64,000 nt of DNA from Candidatus Iainarchaeum sp. (GCA_037441475.1 JBBISB010000001.1:524946-588945), one strand, 5' to 3'. Positions 26,922-37,233 are shown, counted from the first letter of the stretch. Numbers and translations: made by a program. Notes: generated by a model not told the origin, from the sequence alone.

Positions 26922-28853
26922 ATGAGTGAAAAACTATATTCTCCATCAAAGGAGTTTCAAGAAAAGGCCTACATTAAATCCATGGAAGAGTATCAAAAGA
27001 TATATGAAGCATCCATAAAAGATCCAGAAAGTTTCTGGGCAGCAGCTGCAAAAGATATTACTTGGTTTAAACCTTTTACATCTGTCTTTGAGTGGGAGGA
27101 TAAAGAAAAATATCTTTACTCATGGTTTAAGAACGGAAAATTAAATGTCTCCTACAACTGTTTAGATAGACATTTAGAAAAGAATGCAGAAAAAATAGCT
27201 TTAATCTTTCAAGGGGAAGAAGAAAATAATGTAAAAAAATATACTTACAGACAATTACATTTAGAAGTTTCAAGATTTGCAAATGTTTTAAAAAAACATG
27301 GTATAAAGAAAGGAGATAAGGTATCTATATACACGCCAATGATACCTGAGTTTTTAATTTCTATTTTAGCATGTGCAAGGATAGGTGCAATCCACTCTGT
27401 TGTCTTTGCAGGTTACAGTACACAGACAACAAAAGAAAGAATTGAGTTTGCACAATCAAAGATGCTTATAACTGCTGATGGTTCTTTAAGATCTGGAAAG
27501 AAGATTAATTTCAAAGAAGAGGTTGACAAAGCAATCGCTGATATAAAAGGTATTGAAAAAGTAATCATTGTTAGAAATATAGGCGTTCCTTTAACTTTAA
27601 AAGAAAATGAATTTATTTATCAAGATGAAATTAAAATGAAAGATATCTTGGACGAATGTCCTGCTGAGGAAATGGACTCTGAAGATCCTTTATTTATTTT
27701 ATTTAATTCAGGCACTGTTGAAAAACCAAAAGGTACACTCCACACAAATGCTGGTTATTTAGTATACACAAAAGAGACTTTTAAGTACATATTTGATTAT
27801 CATGGTGATGAGGTTTATTGGTGTACAGCAGACATAGGGTGGATAACTGGTCACTCCTATTTAGTTTACGGTCCACTTGCAAATGCAGCAACAGTTTTAA
27901 TGTATGAAGGAATACCAACATTTCCAGATAATGAAACATACTGGAGAATTATTGAAAAACATAAAGTTAATATTTTTTATACAGCTCCAACAGTTATAAG
28001 GTCTTTAATGAGATATGGAATTGATCCTGTAAAAAAGCATAATCTCTCTTCCTTAAGATTATTAGGTTCTGTTGGAGAGCCTATAAACCATGAAGCATGG
28101 GTCTGGTATTATGAAAACATAGGCAATAGTAAATGCCCAATAGTTGATACCTGGTGGCAAACAGAGTCTGGTGGCTTTCTAATAGCACCATTTCCTGGCG
28201 CCTTTCCTTTAAAACCAGGCTTTGCAACAAAACCTTTCTTTGGTATTGATGCTGATGTCTTAAGAGAGGATGGTTCAAAAGCAGATGTTAATGAACCAGG
28301 TTCAGTGGTTATTAAAAAACCATGGCCTGGGATGATGCGAACAATATACGGTGAACATCAAAAGTATCTTGACATATATATCTCAAAATACCCTGGCTAT
28401 TACTTCTGTGGGGATAGAGGAAAGATTGATGAGAATGGTTATTTTTTCATAATTGGAAGAATGGATGATGTTATAAAAGTTTCAGGTCATCGTTTAGGTT
28501 CTGCAGAGATTGAGTCTGCCTTAGTTTCAAACAAGAATGTTGGTGAAGCGGCTGTTGTTCCTTTCCCTCATGAGATAAAGGGCCAAGCTCTTTATGCTTT
28601 TGTTATTTTAAGAGCAGGCATAAGCCCTAGTGAAGAACTTGTAAAAGAACTAAGAGAGCATGTTTCAAAAGAAATAGGCCCGATTGCAAAACCTGATAAG
28701 ATACAGTTTGTAGATGCTCTTCCAAAGACAAGTAGTGGTAAGATAATAAGAAGGATAGTACGTGCAATTGCTTATGATTCAGAGGACTATGGTGATCTTT
28801 CAACTTTGTTTAACCCAGAAGTTATTGATCAAATAAAAAGTAAAAAGATTTAA
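26922..28853 (+). CDS. acs: acetyl-CoA synthetase (AMP-forming)
   Basis: 'YSWFKNGKLNVSYNCLDRH', 'DIGWITGHSY', 'GRMDDVIKVSGHRLG', 'PKTSSGKIIRR'. Confidence 0.9.
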   Translation: MSEKLYSPSKEFQEKAYIKSMEEYQKIYEASIKDPESFWAAAAKDITWFKPFTSVFEWEDKEKYLYSWFKNGKLNVSYNCLDRHLEKNAEKIALIFQGEEENNVKKYTYRQLHLEVSRFANVLKKHGIKKGDKVSIYTPMIPEFLISILACARIGAIHSVVFAGYSTQTTKERIEFAQSKMLITADGSLRSGKKINFKEEVDKAIADIKGIEKVIIVRNIGVPLTLKENEFIYQDEIKMKDILDECPAEEMDSEDPLFILFNSGTVEKPKGTLHTNAGYLVYTKETFKYIFDYHGDEVYWCTADIGWITGHSYLVYGPLANAATVLMYEGIPTFPDNETYWRIIEKHKVNIFYTAPTVIRSLMRYGIDPVKKHNLSSLRLLGSVGEPINHEAWVWYYENIGNSKCPIVDTWWQTESGGFLIAPFPGAFPLKPGFATKPFFGIDADVLREDGSKADVNEPGSVVIKKPWPGMMRTIYGEHQKYLDIYISKYPGYYFCGDRGKIDENGYFFIIGRMDDVIKVSGHRLGSAEIESALVSNKNVGEAAVVPFPHEIKGQALYAFVILRAGISPSEELVKELREHVSKEIGPIAKPDKIQFVDALPKTSSGKIIRRIVRAIAYDSEDYGDLSTLFNPEVIDQIKSKKI

Positions 28854-28876
28854 TCTTTTTTTAAAATAAATTTTTA

Positions 28877-28902
28877 TAATGGTGGTTATAATAACCACTA
28901 TT
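28877..28902. terminator. palindrome between convergent acs and porB
   Basis: taatggtggttataataaccactatta, core gtggttat/ataaccac. Could act as a bidirectional terminator hairpin. Confidence 0.4.
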
Positions 28903-28908
28903 ATATGT

Positions 28909-30942
28909 TTACTTTAAAGGAAATGCTTCTTCCATTTTAAGAAGTTCTTTAAAGTCATTATCAATTTCTTCTTGTATCTTTTTAATTTCTTCTTTATTCT
29001 TTAAAACTTCCTTAAACTTAGTTTGCATTTTTAAAAATTCTTCAATTGGTTTTTTATTTGCAGGCTTATAGTTTACCTTATATTTTCCATCTTCAACTTC
29101 ATAAAGAGGCCAAAAGTTAGTTTCAGTTGCAAGTTTTGAAATATCAATGGTTAAATCTTCAGGGGCCTTCATGTTTGTAGGGCAAGCAGCGTAAACAATA
29201 ATAACAGCAGGTCCTTTCTTTTCAAAAGCCTTTCTAAACTTTTCATGCATGTCTAAAAGGTTTCCTGGGTTTGCAGTTGCAACATATGGTATTTTATGAG
29301 CAATAGCTATCTTTGCAAGATCTTTTTGAAATTCTTTTTTCTCTCCTGGTGTTGTAGTTGTTTGTGCTCCATAAGGTGTTGCAGAGGATCTTTGCGCTCC
29401 TGTATTGTGAACCACAATTCCATCAGCAATAAAGTTGTGTTCTCCATCAACTCTTAAATCTAAAGTTTGTTCAATTCCTCTAGGAATGATATTTTTTATT
29501 TTTCTTGTTTCAAAATATTCATTTCCAATAAAATAATTTTGATATTTGTATTGAGAAGGATATTTTCCAACATCCCATTTATCTTTTTTACTAAAACAGA
29601 TACTATAGTATTCTCCATTACTTAACATCTCTCTATACACTACAAAAGTTCCTTTTGGTTTTTTCTGAACAGTTATTTTTCCAACTCTGTAATCCATTGT
29701 TTGTAGTAATAATCTTAATCTCATAATTAAATCTTTACTTGCTGATAAATATCTACAACTATCTTTTTTCTTTTTATGAATATATCCATCAGACATTAAT
29801 AAACCTTTTACAAACTCTTCTTTTTGATCTATTGGTAAAGTAAAAACCCAAGAAGGTATTGTTTTATTTTTAGCACCTTGCATAAATCCTAAAGAATTAA
29901 TAAATTTTGAAATGTTTACAGAATTATAGTAGATGTAATATTTATCTTTAGATTTATTTTCTTGTCCAAATATTTTTTTATGTATTTTTAAAAGTTCTTT
30001 TCTCTCATTTGTATTTTCTGGAAGAGCAAATCCAATTTCTCCTCTATCTTCTCTAATCCATCCATCTCCAACATAAAATCCTAACCATAACATTAATTCT
30101 TTTGAAGATTCATTAGGAAGTTTAACATCATTAATAATGTTTACTTTATAATCTCCTTTTTTAGTAAGCTTTATTTTATTAAACTGATATGGTTTTCCTT
30201 TATCATATAATTTTCTCATAGTTACAATTTCATCATTTACTTTTAATTGAGAAACTGTTTTCCAAATTAGCTCGTTTTCTTTTCCTCTACCATTCCTTTT
30301 TAAAGTTAAGAAAGGGTGATTTGATGTTGCTTTTATATTTTGGTGTATAGTTTCTATTTCATATACTTTTTTCCTTCCGTTATCAAAAACACCTGTGCAT
30401 TCTTTTAGTACTGGCAAATGTTTTTTTTGATCAAAAGCCCAGACTTTTTCTCCTTTTATAATTTCTGTTATTTTTTTAAGACCTGTTTCTGTCATTATTA
30501 ATGAATCTGTTGATAAACAGTTTTGGTAACCTTCATTATCATAACAAACAAAAACAAAATCATGTCCTCTTTCAAGTGCTCCAGAAAGGCTCTGAAGTCC
30601 AATATCAAAGGCTCCACCATCACCAGCAAATGACATAAATTTAATTTCTTCCTTTATCTTTCCTTTCTTCTTTAAGGCCCTGTAAGCTGTTTCAACACCA
30701 GATATGGTTGCTGCAGAGTTTGCAAAAACAGAGTGGATGAATGGTTCGTTCCAAGATGTATAAGGGTAGATTGTTGTTGTAACTTCAGCACATGATGTGG
30801 CAGATGAAGTTATTATCTTCTTATCAGTTGCAGCATATGCTGTCCTTAAGATAATAGCTATAGGGCACCCAGGACAAGTACGGTGTCCAGGAATAATAGC
30901 TTTTCTTTCATTAATTCTATTTGCAAGTTCAATGTAGTTCAT
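28909..30942 (-). CDS. porB: pyruvate/2-oxoacid:ferredoxin oxidoreductase beta subunit (TPP-binding), intein-containing precursor
   Basis: Exteins: 'PGHRTCPGCP', 'FAGDGGAFDIG', 'VCYDNEGYQN' | intein | 'TGAQRSSATPYGA'. The precursor is 677 aa; after removing 372 aa it is 305 aa, a normal PorB size. Confidence 0.9.
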   Translation of the reverse strand: MNYIELANRINERKAIIPGHRTCPGCPIAIILRTAYAATDKKIITSSATSCAEVTTTIYPYTSWNEPFIHSVFANSAATISGVETAYRALKKKGKIKEEIKFMSFAGDGGAFDIGLQSLSGALERGHDFVFVCYDNEGYQNCLSTDSLIMTETGLKKITEIIKGEKVWAFDQKKHLPVLKECTGVFDNGRKKVYEIETIHQNIKATSNHPFLTLKRNGRGKENELIWKTVSQLKVNDEIVTMRKLYDKGKPYQFNKIKLTKKGDYKVNIINDVKLPNESSKELMLWLGFYVGDGWIREDRGEIGFALPENTNERKELLKIHKKIFGQENKSKDKYYIYYNSVNISKFINSLGFMQGAKNKTIPSWVFTLPIDQKEEFVKGLLMSDGYIHKKKKDSCRYLSASKDLIMRLRLLLQTMDYRVGKITVQKKPKGTFVVYREMLSNGEYYSICFSKKDKWDVGKYPSQYKYQNYFIGNEYFETRKIKNIIPRGIEQTLDLRVDGEHNFIADGIVVHNTGAQRSSATPYGAQTTTTPGEKKEFQKDLAKIAIAHKIPYVATANPGNLLDMHEKFRKAFEKKGPAVIIVYAACPTNMKAPEDLTIDISKLATETNFWPLYEVEDGKYKVNYKPANKKPIEEFLKMQTKFKEVLKNKEEIKKIQEEIDNDFKELLKMEEAFPLK
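29404..30519 (-). mobile_element. intein (372 aa) with LAGLIDADG homing-endonuclease domain inside porB
   Basis: Block A 'CLSTDSLIM' (Cys1), block B 'ATSNHPFLT', LAGLIDADG motifs 'LWLGFYVGDGWI' and 'FVKGLLMSDGYI', blocks F/G 'LDLRVDGEHNFIADGIVVHN' followed by the +1 Thr. Confidence 0.9.
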
Positions 30943-30953
30943 TTATTTTCACT

Positions 30954-32114
30954 TTATTTTTTAAGTCCTAAATATTTTTCTTTATTTGGTTTTCCTTTTA
31001 AAAAACCATTTAATAAATCTTCAATGTCTTTTTCAAAAATATCTCTTCCTCCAAGACCAAAGACATAAGAGGTAACATTTATTTTCTTATCATTATCACA
31101 AACAGAAAGTTTAATTTCTTTATAAAGTGGAGAAGAGGATCCAGGACTTTGAGCTCTATCAAGAACAATTACTTCTTTTGCTTTTTTTAAGGCCTTAAGA
31201 TACTCTGAATAAATAAAAGGTCTAAAAAGCACTGGTCTTAAAAGCCCAACCTTTTTTCCTTCTTTTCTAAGTTTGTCAATAACATTTTTAGTTGTCTGTG
31301 CAGTTGAGGACATTACAACAATAACAACCTCAGCATCTTTTAAAAAATAATCTTCATAAATTTCTATTTTCTTTCCAAAGGTTTTTTCAAACTCTTTTGA
31401 AACTTCTAAAAATTTCTTTTCAGCCTCTTCCATGGCTTTAAAAAGTTCAACCCTAATCTCAAAGAAGGTGTTTGGAAGTGAAAGGGCACCTATGGAGATT
31501 GGTTTTTTAGTATCTAAAAGATTATATGTTGTCTTATATTCTCCTACAAATTTCTTAACAACCTTATCTTCATACACTTCTAAATTCTCTAAGTTATGAG
31601 AGGTATAAAAACCATCAATACAAACCATGATAGGAAGAGATACACTTTCAGCAAACTTAAAAGCAAAGAGAGTCATGTCATATGCTTCTTGCGCACTTTC
31701 ACAAAAAACCATCATCCATCCTTGATCAAGACATGCCATGGCGTCTGAATGATCACAGTGTATGTTAATAGGTGCAGATACAGCTCTGTTTGCAACAGGC
31801 ATAACCACAGGAAGTCTTAAACCAGAAGTTACTGATAACATTTCATACATGTACATTAAACCTTGTGAGGCTGTTGCTGTAACGCTTCTTGCACCTGATG
31901 CTGCTGCACCTACAACTGCTGAAAGTGCAGAGTGTTCTGATTCAACTAAGATAAGCTCTGTTGTAACTTTTCCATTACTATGGTGGTTTGCATAACTTTC
32001 AATGATTGGTGTTTGTGGGGTTATAGGATACATTGCAAACACATCAACATCCACTTGTTTTATTGCATAGGAGATTGCTTCTCCTCCATTAAGTGCTATT
32101 TTTTTATTTTTCAT
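30954..32114 (-). CDS. porA: pyruvate/2-oxoacid:ferredoxin oxidoreductase alpha subunit
   Basis: 'GGEAISYAIKQVDVDVFAMYPITPQTPIIE' and size are typical of PorA. Confidence 0.9.
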   Translation of the reverse strand: MKNKKIALNGGEAISYAIKQVDVDVFAMYPITPQTPIIESYANHHSNGKVTTELILVESEHSALSAVVGAAASGARSVTATASQGLMYMYEMLSVTSGLRLPVVMPVANRAVSAPINIHCDHSDAMACLDQGWMMVFCESAQEAYDMTLFAFKFAESVSLPIMVCIDGFYTSHNLENLEVYEDKVVKKFVGEYKTTYNLLDTKKPISIGALSLPNTFFEIRVELFKAMEEAEKKFLEVSKEFEKTFGKKIEIYEDYFLKDAEVVIVVMSSTAQTTKNVIDKLRKEGKKVGLLRPVLFRPFIYSEYLKALKKAKEVIVLDRAQSPGSSSPLYKEIKLSVCDNDKKINVTSYVFGLGGRDIFEKDIEDLLNGFLKGKPNKEKYLGLKK

Positions 32115-32136
32115 TTTCTATTCACATTAAAATTAT

Positions 32137-32418
32137 TTACTCTTCTTCCATCTTTATACATTTAACAGGGCATACCTTCTCACAGATCCCACACCCTTTA
32201 CAAAACTCTAAGTCTGTTTCTGTTCTTACAAGCTTACCATCTTTATTCTTCTTAGCTAAGATACAGTTATCAGGACAATAAACATAGCATATCATACACT
32301 GCACACATCTCTTTGAGTCCCAAATAGGTTTTTTATGTCTCCAGTTTCCTGTACTATACTGTTTAGAGGTTCCTCCTTCTAGGACCCCACCAATAATTTT
32401 TTTATTTTTTTCACTCAT
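32137..32418 (-). CDS. porD: pyruvate/2-oxoacid:ferredoxin oxidoreductase delta subunit (2x[4Fe-4S])
   Basis: Two CxxCxxCxxxCP motifs: 'CVQCMICYVYCP' and 'CKGCGICEKVCP'. Confidence 0.9.
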   Translation of the reverse strand: MSEKNKKIIGGVLEGGTSKQYSTGNWRHKKPIWDSKRCVQCMICYVYCPDNCILAKKNKDGKLVRTETDLEFCKGCGICEKVCPVKCIKMEEE

Positions 32419-32424
32419 AACAAA

Positions 32425-32994
32425 TCATTTCTTATAAATTTTAATATCCTCAAACCCTCTTTTAAGGCAATTGAGGTTTGGTAAAATAAAATGTTCTTTT
32501 CTTTTTTTTGTAAATGTTTCTTTAATAACTTTTTCAACATCTTTATATCTTAAGATATCTATTTTCTTTTCTTTAAAAACCTTTAAAAGTCCGCCAATTA
32601 AAACAATGTTTGGGTTGTTTGCTTTTATTTCTTCTAAGGATATCTTAGTTCCATCTGTTGTATATATCTCTTTACTAATAATCTCTTTATTAATCTCTTT
32701 ATTAGTGTTTATAATAACAGGGGAGGTAAATCTCTTTATTTCCTCTAAAACATTAACTAAGTTCCCGTCAATAACTATAACAAAATCAGGTTTAATAACA
32801 GGCTCATGTGTCCTTATAGGGTTATTTGATAACCTTACAAATGCCTTAACAGGAGCTCCTCTTCTCTCAGGCCCATACTCAGGAAAGGCTTGAACATACC
32901 TACCTGCTTCAACACCAGCTTCAGCGATTATCTGAGCACAGGTTTTAGCACCTTGCCCTCCTCTTCCATAAACAGCAATACTTATTGTTTCCAT
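32425..32994 (-). CDS. porG: pyruvate/2-oxoacid:ferredoxin oxidoreductase gamma subunit
   Basis: 'IAVYGRGGQGAKTCAQIIAEA' and 'YGPERRGAPV'. Confidence 0.9.
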   Translation of the reverse strand: METISIAVYGRGGQGAKTCAQIIAEAGVEAGRYVQAFPEYGPERRGAPVKAFVRLSNNPIRTHEPVIKPDFVIVIDGNLVNVLEEIKRFTSPVIINTNKEINKEIISKEIYTTDGTKISLEEIKANNPNIVLIGGLLKVFKEKKIDILRYKDVEKVIKETFTKKRKEHFILPNLNCLKRGFEDIKIYKK

Positions 32995-33193
32995 ATTTAC
33001 TCTTTCTTTTATAATATATATTATAGTTATTAATCAATAATATTTTAAAGGAGTAGTTCTTAAAAATGGTTTTAAAAGTATATTTTAAGATGCTTTTTTG
33101 TAAGTTTTTAATATCCATATAATATAAATATCCTTCTTATGTATTATATTAGTACAAATATGTTATTTTTTTAAAAAAAGGTGTGAACAAAGT

Positions 33194-33520
33194 ATGGTTA
33201 ATATAAAATCAAAAGATAGTTTTTCCTGGACAAACAATTCAAGTAGTTCTTATGGTCAAAGAGGAAGCGATGCTCCAGCCTCTCTTTCAAAAATAGTTAC
33301 AGATATTAGAAAGTTACAAAGACTTTTATCAATCTCTTTATCTGCCTTAGATAGAGACGACTTAAATGCTTTAAAGAAAGATATTTCTTATCTTCAACAC
33401 TCAATTTCTGAAAACATTTCAAAGAAAGACGCTCCTTCAAACATCATAAGAGATTATGAACGTTTAAATGAAGATGTTAGAGACAAAATCTCTGAAATAG
33501 ATAAAAGAATCATGAAATGA
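33194..33520 (+). CDS. hypothetical small coiled-coil protein
   Basis: 108-aa ORF with an SD-like aaaggtgtgaac upstream. No motif recognised. Confidence 0.4.
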   Translation: MVNIKSKDSFSWTNNSSSSYGQRGSDAPASLSKIVTDIRKLQRLLSISLSALDRDDLNALKKDISYLQHSISENISKKDAPSNIIRDYERLNEDVRDKISEIDKRIMK

Positions 33521-33528
33521 TTCTTTTT

Positions 33529-35253
33529 TTACTTCTTTTTATATTTAGTGTATACTTTATTTATTATCCATGTTAAAAGTACACATCCAATAGTTAACAA
33601 AAGTATACCTAGTAAACCTTGCATAAACTTATCAGCAACTGCAAAGGATACACCAATACCAAAGATTAAAAGTCCACTAAACAGTTTCAAAACTTTTCCA
33701 TGTTTTTCATCCATCTTAGATATTTTTAAAGTAAATATAGCTATTGCAAATAAAATTATTTCATCAAGAAGATAGATTAGCATATATATTCCTAAAAGAG
33801 TATAGTAACCTGCACTTGAGATTGTACTATTTGCTATCATGTTAGCCCATAGTAAAGGTAGGCCAGCTGTACAAGGTATCTCTAAAATAGTAACCCCTGC
33901 CGCTAAAATAATAGTTCCAAGCATAACTGCAAAGAGACTATTTTTAGGATTCATTATGTTCCTTATTCTATCATATATTTTTGGTTTTTCTTTATCAGAG
34001 ATTGTTAATGAAATTCCTTTCTTATACCAGAAATAATCTTTTATGTTAATAAGACCAAAGATAACTGCTATTAAGACAATGGTTATCTTAATTATTGGAC
34101 TGTAAAAGAATATCATGGCATTCAAGATACTTGTAATAAACAGACCAAAGATAACAGCTGTAACTGCTAAGAAGGTAATACCTATTAAGAATATTTTCTT
34201 TCTAGACCCAGAGTATACAACAATACTTAATAAGAATAATAGTACCCATAAAGAACATGGGTTTAAACCATCTACAAAAGAAATAATTAAGGTGTTTAAA
34301 AATAAAGATTTATGTCCTAGATCAATCTCCTTTTCAAAAAGCTTAATAGTTTTATTATCTTCTCCAGAAACATAGTTTGTTGAAGAAGGTATTTTATTTG
34401 TTTTTGAAAGTATTGCTTTTTCAGGGCATGAACAGTTGATGTTTGTTTTATAACATCTATCAATTTCCTTATCAAGATTATTCTTAATGTTTACTTCTCC
34501 GGTTAGATATGTTTCTCCAATAAAGGCTATTGGAAACACTTCTACTTTAAGAGAATAAAGTTCCTTATATTCTGCAAAGATGACTTTGTTTTCTTCTATT
34601 GAAAGATCGTGTGTTTCTAAAATAAGGTCAGGATATTTGCTTATAAGGTAGTTTGTGTGTTCTAAAGTATTTTTACATTGTGAGCAGTCAGGGACATAAA
34701 ACAAATGAACATAAACATCTTTTACTTTTGTTTTTTCAATAGTTATTGGTTTTTTATCAGACTGTATGATATTAACATAACTTTGATCTGTTGTGTAAAG
34801 TTGCCATATCTTTGGTTTATTTAAATAATCTATACTGTCCTTACATTCTTCTTCAAGGCAAGAATCTACTTTTTCAATAATCTCTTGCTTTATACTTTCT
34901 GAAAAACCAATCCATGATTTATTAGAAATAAAAGTTATTGGAACACTTGTTGTTCTTTGAGAGAATGTTTTTCCAAACTCTAAGAGAAGTTTTGAGGCTT
35001 CTTTTTGAGTATCAAGCTCATAGTAATGGACAGTGACATTTATATTTTCATTTACATAGTCCTTTAAAAAAGCCTTTTCTTGTGCGCAGTAAGGGCATGT
35101 AGAGGTTCCAAAGAAATAGATGTTTACTTCTTTTTGCTCTTGTGCATAGAAGATTCCTGTAATTAATGTTAAAAAAATTAATATTAAAAATATGTTTTTA
35201 TAGTTCATTGTGTATTTCATCTCTTTAAATAATATATATATATTAATAAACAT
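33529..35253 (-). CDS. membrane thiol:disulfide oxidoreductase: two extracytoplasmic thioredoxin-like domains fused to a CcdA/DsbD-type transmembrane core
   Basis: Signal/TM, then 'FFGTSTCPYCAQEKAF' (CxxC), a second 'YVPDCSQCKN' (CxxC), then a polytopic domain with 'DGLNPCSLWV' and 'LEIPCTAGLP' (the two membrane-embedded Cys of DsbD-beta/CcdA). The start may be at the internal Met at 35220. Confidence 0.7.
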   Translation of the reverse strand: MFINIYILFKEMKYTMNYKNIFLILIFLTLITGIFYAQEQKEVNIYFFGTSTCPYCAQEKAFLKDYVNENINVTVHYYELDTQKEASKLLLEFGKTFSQRTTSVPITFISNKSWIGFSESIKQEIIEKVDSCLEEECKDSIDYLNKPKIWQLYTTDQSYVNIIQSDKKPITIEKTKVKDVYVHLFYVPDCSQCKNTLEHTNYLISKYPDLILETHDLSIEENKVIFAEYKELYSLKVEVFPIAFIGETYLTGEVNIKNNLDKEIDRCYKTNINCSCPEKAILSKTNKIPSSTNYVSGEDNKTIKLFEKEIDLGHKSLFLNTLIISFVDGLNPCSLWVLLFLLSIVVYSGSRKKIFLIGITFLAVTAVIFGLFITSILNAMIFFYSPIIKITIVLIAVIFGLINIKDYFWYKKGISLTISDKEKPKIYDRIRNIMNPKNSLFAVMLGTIILAAGVTILEIPCTAGLPLLWANMIANSTISSAGYYTLLGIYMLIYLLDEIILFAIAIFTLKISKMDEKHGKVLKLFSGLLIFGIGVSFAVADKFMQGLLGILLLTIGCVLLTWIINKVYTKYKKK

Positions 35254-35324
35254 TAATTTAAAGATATTTATTTTTACACAAACAGTTTTAAAAATGTTTT
35301 TTAAAAGGAAAAAAGAATTTATTT

Positions 35325-35882
35325 TTAAAATAAATTCTTAAAGAAGTTAGCTATTCTTTTAAAGAAGCCAATCTTTTCTTTTTTAATTTCTTCCTGTCCT
35401 AATATCTTAAAGTATTTATCATCTGTAAGATATTTTTCATTACCCTCTTGATTCTCTAAATAACTAAAAGAGTCCTTACATTCATCCTCTCTACAAAAAT
35501 CAATAATACCAATCATCTGGTTTTGTATGCTTTCAGAAAAACCAATCCATACTTTATCAGATATAAAAGTTATTGGAACGCTTGTGCTTCTTTCTTCAAA
35601 AGCCTTTGAAAATTCTAAAAGAAATTTTGAGTTGTCTCTAATAGTGTCAAGTTGAAAGTAATAGCTCTTAACATCAAGGTTTGTTTTTGCATACTCTGTA
35701 AAAAAAGCCTTTTCATCTTGGCAGTAAGGGCATGTTGAGGTTCCAAAGAAGTATACATTTATTGTTTCTTTTGTTGTTTGATTTAATTCATCTCCCATTA
35801 CATTAACACCTTCTCCAGCGTAAAGTGTGCTTGAGAAAAGGAAAACAAGTAAAATCATAAATATAAAATTTATTTTTTTCAT
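35325..35882 (-). CDS. secreted thioredoxin-like protein (paralogue of the first domain of 33529-35253)
   Basis: Signal peptide, 'FFGTSTCPYCQDEKAFF', 'STSVPITFISDKVWIGFSESI', nearly identical in pattern to the fusion protein. Confidence 0.7.
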   Translation of the reverse strand: MKKINFIFMILLVFLFSSTLYAGEGVNVMGDELNQTTKETINVYFFGTSTCPYCQDEKAFFTEYAKTNLDVKSYYFQLDTIRDNSKFLLEFSKAFEERSTSVPITFISDKVWIGFSESIQNQMIGIIDFCREDECKDSFSYLENQEGNEKYLTDDKYFKILGQEEIKKEKIGFFKRIANFFKNLF

Positions 35883-36103
35883 TTTTTAATCACCTTTTTT
35901 CTTTCAAGAAAATCATTTAATTCTTCTAGAAGGTCAATCTCATTAATACCATACATTTCACAAACAGCACCAACTTCTAAAAAATCCATCTCCATTCTTG
36001 CCATAGGACAGGTTACACATGGAAAGCCATGTGCCATTAATATCTCAAAGATATCTGGTCTTTCTAAAAGTTCTTTTAGTTTTGTGTTTGAGGTTACCTT
36101 CAT
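35879..36103 (-). CDS. DUF1858-type small redox-disulfide protein
   Basis: 'ILMAHGFPCVTCPMARMEM' matches the hybrid-cluster-associated redox disulfide/DUF1858 pattern. ATGA overlaps on both sides. Confidence 0.6.
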   Translation of the reverse strand: MKVTSNTKLKELLERPDIFEILMAHGFPCVTCPMARMEMDFLEVGAVCEMYGINEIDLLEELNDFLERKKVIKK

Positions 36104-37233
36104 ATTTTCTCAAATTTTTTATTTATTAATATTATTTCTTTAACAATTTCTTTTGCTTTCTCAAGAGTTGTTTCTTTTCCTAAGGAAAGACGAAGCATTC
36201 CATTTTTTTTATTATGATCAACTTTCAAGGCTTTTAAAACATGGCTTTTCTCTTTATTGTTTGAAAGACATGCAGATCCAGTGGATACCTTAAAACCCTT
36301 TAAATCAAGCTGCATTAAAAGGGACTCAGGTTCAATCTCTTCAAAAAGCAAAGATACATTGTTTACTAGTCTTTTTTCAAGTGAGCCTAAAACCTTAACA
36401 TTTGGTGCTTTTTCTTTAATCTCCTTAATAATAAAATCTCTAATTTCTTTCATTCTTAAGAGATCTTCTTTCTTTAAAACCTTAACTGCTTCCTTAAAAC
36501 CAATTATTCCAGGAACATTTAAAGTTCCACTTCTCAAATTACTTTCATGCCCTCCTCCATGGAAGAGTGGAGTTATCTTAATATCTTTTCTAATGATTAA
36601 GGCTCCAATTCCTTTAGGTCCATACATCTTATGTGCATTTATTGTAATTAAATCAACATTATCTTTTATTAAATTAATTTCAGTTTTACAAAAACTTTGA
36701 CATGCATCTGTGTGGAAAAAAACTTTTCTTTCCTTACAAATTTTTCCAATTTCAAAAAGTGGTTGTAAAGTTCCTATCTCGTTGTTTCCATGTATGATGG
36801 AGACTAGAATAGTGTCCTTTCTAATCTTCTTCTTTAAGTCCTCTAAATCAATTACCCCTTCTTTATTGTTATTAACATACTCAATCTCAAAGCCCTTACT
36901 TGAAAGATACTTTGCAGTGTTTAAAACTGAGTCATGCTCTATCTTACTGATTATTATATGTCTTCCTTTCTTTTCATAACTTTCAGAAATTCCTTTAAGT
37001 GCTAAATTATTACTCTCAGTTCCTCCTGATGTAAATATCAAGAGATGTTCTTTACCATTTACTTTCTCTAAAATACTTTCCCTTGCTTTATTAACCTCTT
37101 CTAAAACCATTTCTCCAAAGGAATGCATGCTTGAGGTGTTTGCAAAAATTTCTGAAAAATAAGGTTTCATTTTTTCAAGAACTTTAGAGTCAACAGGGCA
37201 TGTCGCTGCATAATCAAAATAGTTTGTTTTCAT
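36100..37233 (-). CDS. cysteine desulfurase (NifS/IscS class V aminotransferase)
   Basis: PLP-Lys 'INAHKMYGPKGIG', 'HGGGHE', active-site 'STGSACLS'. Confidence 0.9.
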   Translation of the reverse strand: MKTNYFDYAATCPVDSKVLEKMKPYFSEIFANTSSMHSFGEMVLEEVNKARESILEKVNGKEHLLIFTSGGTESNNLALKGISESYEKKGRHIIISKIEHDSVLNTAKYLSSKGFEIEYVNNNKEGVIDLEDLKKKIRKDTILVSIIHGNNEIGTLQPLFEIGKICKERKVFFHTDACQSFCKTEINLIKDNVDLITINAHKMYGPKGIGALIIRKDIKITPLFHGGGHESNLRSGTLNVPGIIGFKEAVKVLKKEDLLRMKEIRDFIIKEIKEKAPNVKVLGSLEKRLVNNVSLLFEEIEPESLLMQLDLKGFKVSTGSACLSNNKEKSHVLKALKVDHNKKNGMLRLSLGKETTLEKAKEIVKEIILINKKFEKI

